The position numbers and the translations under genes were made by a program. A stretch of 64,000 nt of DNA from Vicugna vicugna. Its lineage: Eukaryota. Shown piece after piece: positions 60,616 to 64,000 of this stretch. Position 1 is the stretch's first letter. The number at the start of each line of letters is the position of its first letter. Below the pieces are notes generated by a model. That model made no database searches and was not told where the DNA came from. It worked only from the letters and a program-made list of their open reading frames with translations. The stretch lies in NCBI GenBank assembly GCA_013265495.1, contig MU061804.1, forward strand, positions 3,835,368 to 3,899,367, read 5' to 3'.

Positions 60616-61534
60616 AGGCTGTTCTCAGTGAGCCTCAGGAAGGTCTGCCTCTGCCCAGATGGAGAGCATCTCCCCCGTCACTGTTGGGAGCACCACTACC
60701 GATGTCTCCTGTTGTCAACCCAAGAGCATGTTTCCTCCATTCAGTTCCAACAACGAGTCTGCATTCTTGCTCCCATAGACCCAACGATGGCTCTATCTCT
60801 TGGCTTTTTCCAAGTTAGGCTTCACAACCTTCAAGCCACTTCTATGACTTTTCTCAGTATTTCTCCTTTGCCATCCCTGTAAAGGGCCCCCCTGCATGTA
60901 TGTATATGATGATACATGAAATGAAGACACTGAATAGCCCAGGAGCTTTAAGAGCAGGGACCATCGATGTGCACTGCATCACCTGACTCCAATTCCAGCT
61001 CCTATCCTGCCTTTTGGAGAGACTGACCTCTGCCTGAATCCAAAAACCTCCTCGTGCAGGTTCCCATGGGTCAGAAAGGAATTCTTAAGATCCACTGGGG
61101 CTTTGCTACTTGAAGGGAGTCGGCGGCCACTGTGTCTGTGCTGTGAACCTAGGGTCTTCCTCTCGTTTGATGGGGCATTTTGACAGCACCTGAACGAGGC
61201 GTTGGTCTCTGGAGGAGCAGAGGCACACAGATACGTGGACGGCCCAGATGAGAGCATCTTCCTAGGCACACGGAGAATGTGTGGCACGTAAGGGGCCTGG
61301 TGGAGGGCGCCAGGCATCGAGGGAGGATTCAGGAAGGCCGTGTTGGGGAAGCTAGGGAGGAGGAATGCGTAACTCTGCCCACTTCCAATGCTCAGAAAAG
61401 AATGAAAGGTTGCTGAAGAATGTGCTGAAGAATGTGGAAAAACCATGGTGCCATCTGTGGGTGATTCTTGCTCTTGGGTGCAGTTAAACAAGCTGTCAGA
61501 AAGGAATACGTGAGAATGGAGCTACAGAAAGCAA

Positions 61535-61610
61535 GGGTGATTGGCTGTGTGACCTTGGGCAAGCCGCCTCCCCTCTCTGGGCCTCAATTGCTTTGTCATT
61601 AATATAAGTG
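61535..61610 (+). mobile_element. MIR core
   Basis: ggctgtgtgaccttgggcaagccgcctcccctctctgggcctcaattgc. Confidence 0.8.
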
Positions 61611-62159
61611 CAGGAAGGGGTGAAGCCGAAGCTCCTTGATCTCTCAGCTTCCTTAGAACTCAAAAATTCCAAGATCCCTGAGCCTAGATAGTCTCTGATG
61701 CACCTTGAACTCCAAAATTCTGTAACTCTCTGATATTCTTCTCGAGAGCACTTTTAAATAAGTCCTTGTGTCTGGAGAGACGGCTGCCCTGGACGTCTGC
61801 ATGCTCCTGGGGAGCAAACTAAATGCTTCACTCTGTGCGCTGTCACTACTCTGATCTGCACTGAGGACCATGTGGGAGGGCAGCCGGGGTGAAGCCGGTC
61901 CGCTCTGTCCGCGGCATCCGGGCCAAGATGTTCTCCTCCTGCCGCTCCACCTTCCTCTCTAACTGCTCCCCTCTTCCTTTCCTTGGCCCTTCCTTACTGC
62001 ATGGCCACCCTATGCCAGGTCCCAGGGGGCACGGGGACGATGAAGGGGAGAAGGTGTGTAGACGTTAGACCAGGAAGCAAATGCCGGGAGAGCTGCTTCC
62101 TTCCACCTTTCTCCTACTCCTGTTCTCCTAACCAGATGTTCCTCAAAAAGCTGGCGCCA

Positions 62160-62250
62160 GTCTCATTCATTCCACCAGCATCCAGTGAACATTTACTAGG
62201 TGCTGGGCGTCGTGCCGGGAGCAGGGAACTCGGGAGACGGATGACCTCGT
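62160..62250 (-). mobile_element. L2 3' terminus
   Basis: ctcattcattccaccagcatccagtgaacatttactaggtgctgggc. Confidence 0.55.
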
Positions 62251-62650
62251 CTGTATTCTCTCAACTAATCAATCAGCCTTCTGTAAAGTGCTTCGGCAGA
62301 GCCTGTGGGGAAGACGGACAACGAAACAAGATGGGGCAGTAACCATAGTCGTCCTGCAGTGTGACACCGGCTGGAACAGACCGGCAGATATGCAGAGGGT
62401 GGCGGGGGCGTCCAGAGACGGGGCAGTGGACTCTGCTCTGGTGGATTAAGGGAAGTTGGTCTGCGTATTGGGGGAGCGACAGGTGAAGGGGTGGGTGACA
62501 CAGAGGAGTGTGCAGGGCTCAGCCCACGGGGAGGTCAGGTTAGGGTGTGAGGGACTTGCAACTTAAGCCCGTGGACAGCGGGGAGGCTGAGGCGGTGGGG
62601 AGGCTTATGCAAGGAATAAGCAGGTGACACTGGCATCTCAACTCTGTGAG

Positions 62651-62870
62651 TGTCTCAGTGTCTTAGGGTTGTCGTAACAAAGTACCGCAAACTAGGTTGC
62701 TCCAAATTGTAGGCGTGTATCCCCTTACGGTTCTGGAGGCTCAGAAATCTAAAATCACGATGTGTGCAGGGCTGGTCCCCTTTTGGAGGGGGGGCCAGAG
62801 GAAGTCTGTTCCTTGCCTCTCTCCTGGCTTCTGGTTCTTGGTGGCAATTCTTTGGCGTCCCTAGGCCCTG
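62651..62870 (-). mobile_element. MLT1C/D-like LTR, 3' part
   Basis: tcttagggttgtcgtaacaaagtaccgcaaactagg...cggttctggaggctcagaaatctaaaatc...gtctgttccttgcctctctcctggcttctgg. Confidence 0.85.
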
Positions 62871-63499
62871 GGAGAATGAGTAGCCGTGGGGAAAGAAAGG
62901 GTGGTGATGGTGGAACCCGGGCAAACCAAAGATGTAAGGAGACACAAGGGACGCAAGGGATGAACAGAACAAGAGAAGCCTGACTATCGGACTCACAGAG
63001 AAGGAGTGAAAAAGAACACAGGACTTCTTAAGACTTGGGTCTTCTTAAGATCACCTAATGTACCTCCCAGAGAATCCTTGCTTTTATAAGGAGGAGGGTC
63101 GGGGTGTTCTCAGCAAGAGAAAGCATCTGGATCTCAACTCCCTGACTCTTCCTTCTATCCTGATGGTCCAGCTGGACGCCGCCTCTCCCACGTCAAGTCT
63201 CCATTTCCACTTTTCTTTAAGGACGCTGCTAGGTGGTGCAGGTCTCAGCAGAAGGTTCGGTAGGGCAGACATTTAAGAGGGTGCCCCCCATCCCACTCCA
63301 AGCAGCCTTCCTCCTCCATCACCACTCCTCAGACCCTAACCAAGGGGCTACGTCATGAGGTAGCTATCGGGCCTCCTCTGGGTGAATCACAAAGGAAGCC
63401 ACTCCCTTCTGTCCGGGTCTTTGTCCTACCCCATGGACGGCACAGGCTGAGTGACTAGATCCGGCCGATTTTCCCAAGACAGTAATGCTTTAAGGCAAC

Positions 63500-63930
63500 G
63501 TCTGGGTGCCCGTTCCTTTGCATTGTAATTGGCACTCTAATGTTGAATTAAAATGGAATTCCTATGGAAATGTACAATATCTAAATCAATACTTGCTGAT
63601 TAGTGTCACAAGGATGAATATCGGAAGATGTGACAGCAATGGCGGGGCCCCAGCCAGAGCGGATAAAGCGGCCTGTGTCCATTAACTCAAGCCTGACTCA
63701 TGCTAAATTACAGTAAAATATCTGGGAAGCTCTGGCCAGAGCCACTTTAAAGCCCACAGAATGTAGCTTAATTAGCACCATGATGACAAATGCAGGAAGA
63801 ATTCATTACACCCAAAGACGCCTCACAGAGTCCAATTTTACAAACTTTGCCTTTTTCATTCACACAACGCCTCGAAGGCTGTGGGGAGTGCAAATTCCCT
63901 TGTGCTTCCGCTGACCTCGTGCTGAGTCAG
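63500..63930. promoter_or_regulatory. Putative enhancer (SOX/homeodomain/NFI/MARE motifs)
   Basis: CATTGTAATTGGCA 63521-63534; TAATTA 63769-63774; TGACTCA near 63696; TGCTGAGTCA 63920-63929; AT-rich with no recognised repeat. Confidence 0.4.
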
Positions 63931-64000
63931 GCCTCATGTGGGCATCAGGGAGTGAGCTCTCTCCATTTCTCTCTCCGTTTCTCAGCGCAGTATTCATTTT

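Noticed and set aside
52926-61434. Short local duplications (gtctcccaagcttg x2 at 52926/52942; tgctgaagaatg x2 at 61411/61423; similar at 36487, 46311, 6441)
   Set aside because: Only 2-3 copies with no spacers; ordinary slippage products, not CRISPR-like arrays or minisatellites
1-64000. Numerous AP-1 (TGASTCA) and NF-kB-like sites
   Set aside because: Counts seen are close to simple random expectation for 64 kb, so no enrichment claim is made

Overview
Mammalian genomic DNA, visibly GC- and CpG-rich, almost certainly from a camelid (camel/llama/alpaca). The evidence is a tRNA-derived Vic-1-type SINE at ~29.7-29.9 kb and artiodactyl-type L1 3' ends; I saw no Alu, Bov-tA/BovB, PRE-1 or SINEC copies. 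The assembly is scaffold-level, with a 145-N gap at 13269-13413. I could not recognise any protein-coding gene. The only ORF with clear homology is a decayed L1 ORF2 fragment, and the other long ORFs look like GC-rich chance ORFs. The window reads as a gene desert or very large intron. It holds many ancient repeats (MIR, L2, MLT1 LTRs, MER5A, L1M) and a few younger L1/SINE insertions with target-site duplications. It also has several CpG-rich patches, one near-perfect CTCF site, and multiple motif-dense enhancer-like islands (MEF2/FOX, ETS-RUNX, homeodomain/SOX, ERR/NR5A), typical of a developmental gene's regulatory landscape. I found no CRISPR arrays, rRNA/tRNA genes or prokaryotic systems, and no well-supported novel biological system. 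The best leads are a possible unannotated minus-strand spliced transcript from the 44.5-45.4 kb CpG island and an excess of TCAAGGTCA nuclear-receptor sites. Repeat subfamily names come from recalled consensus similarity, and most repeat boundaries are approximate (about +/-20 bp).
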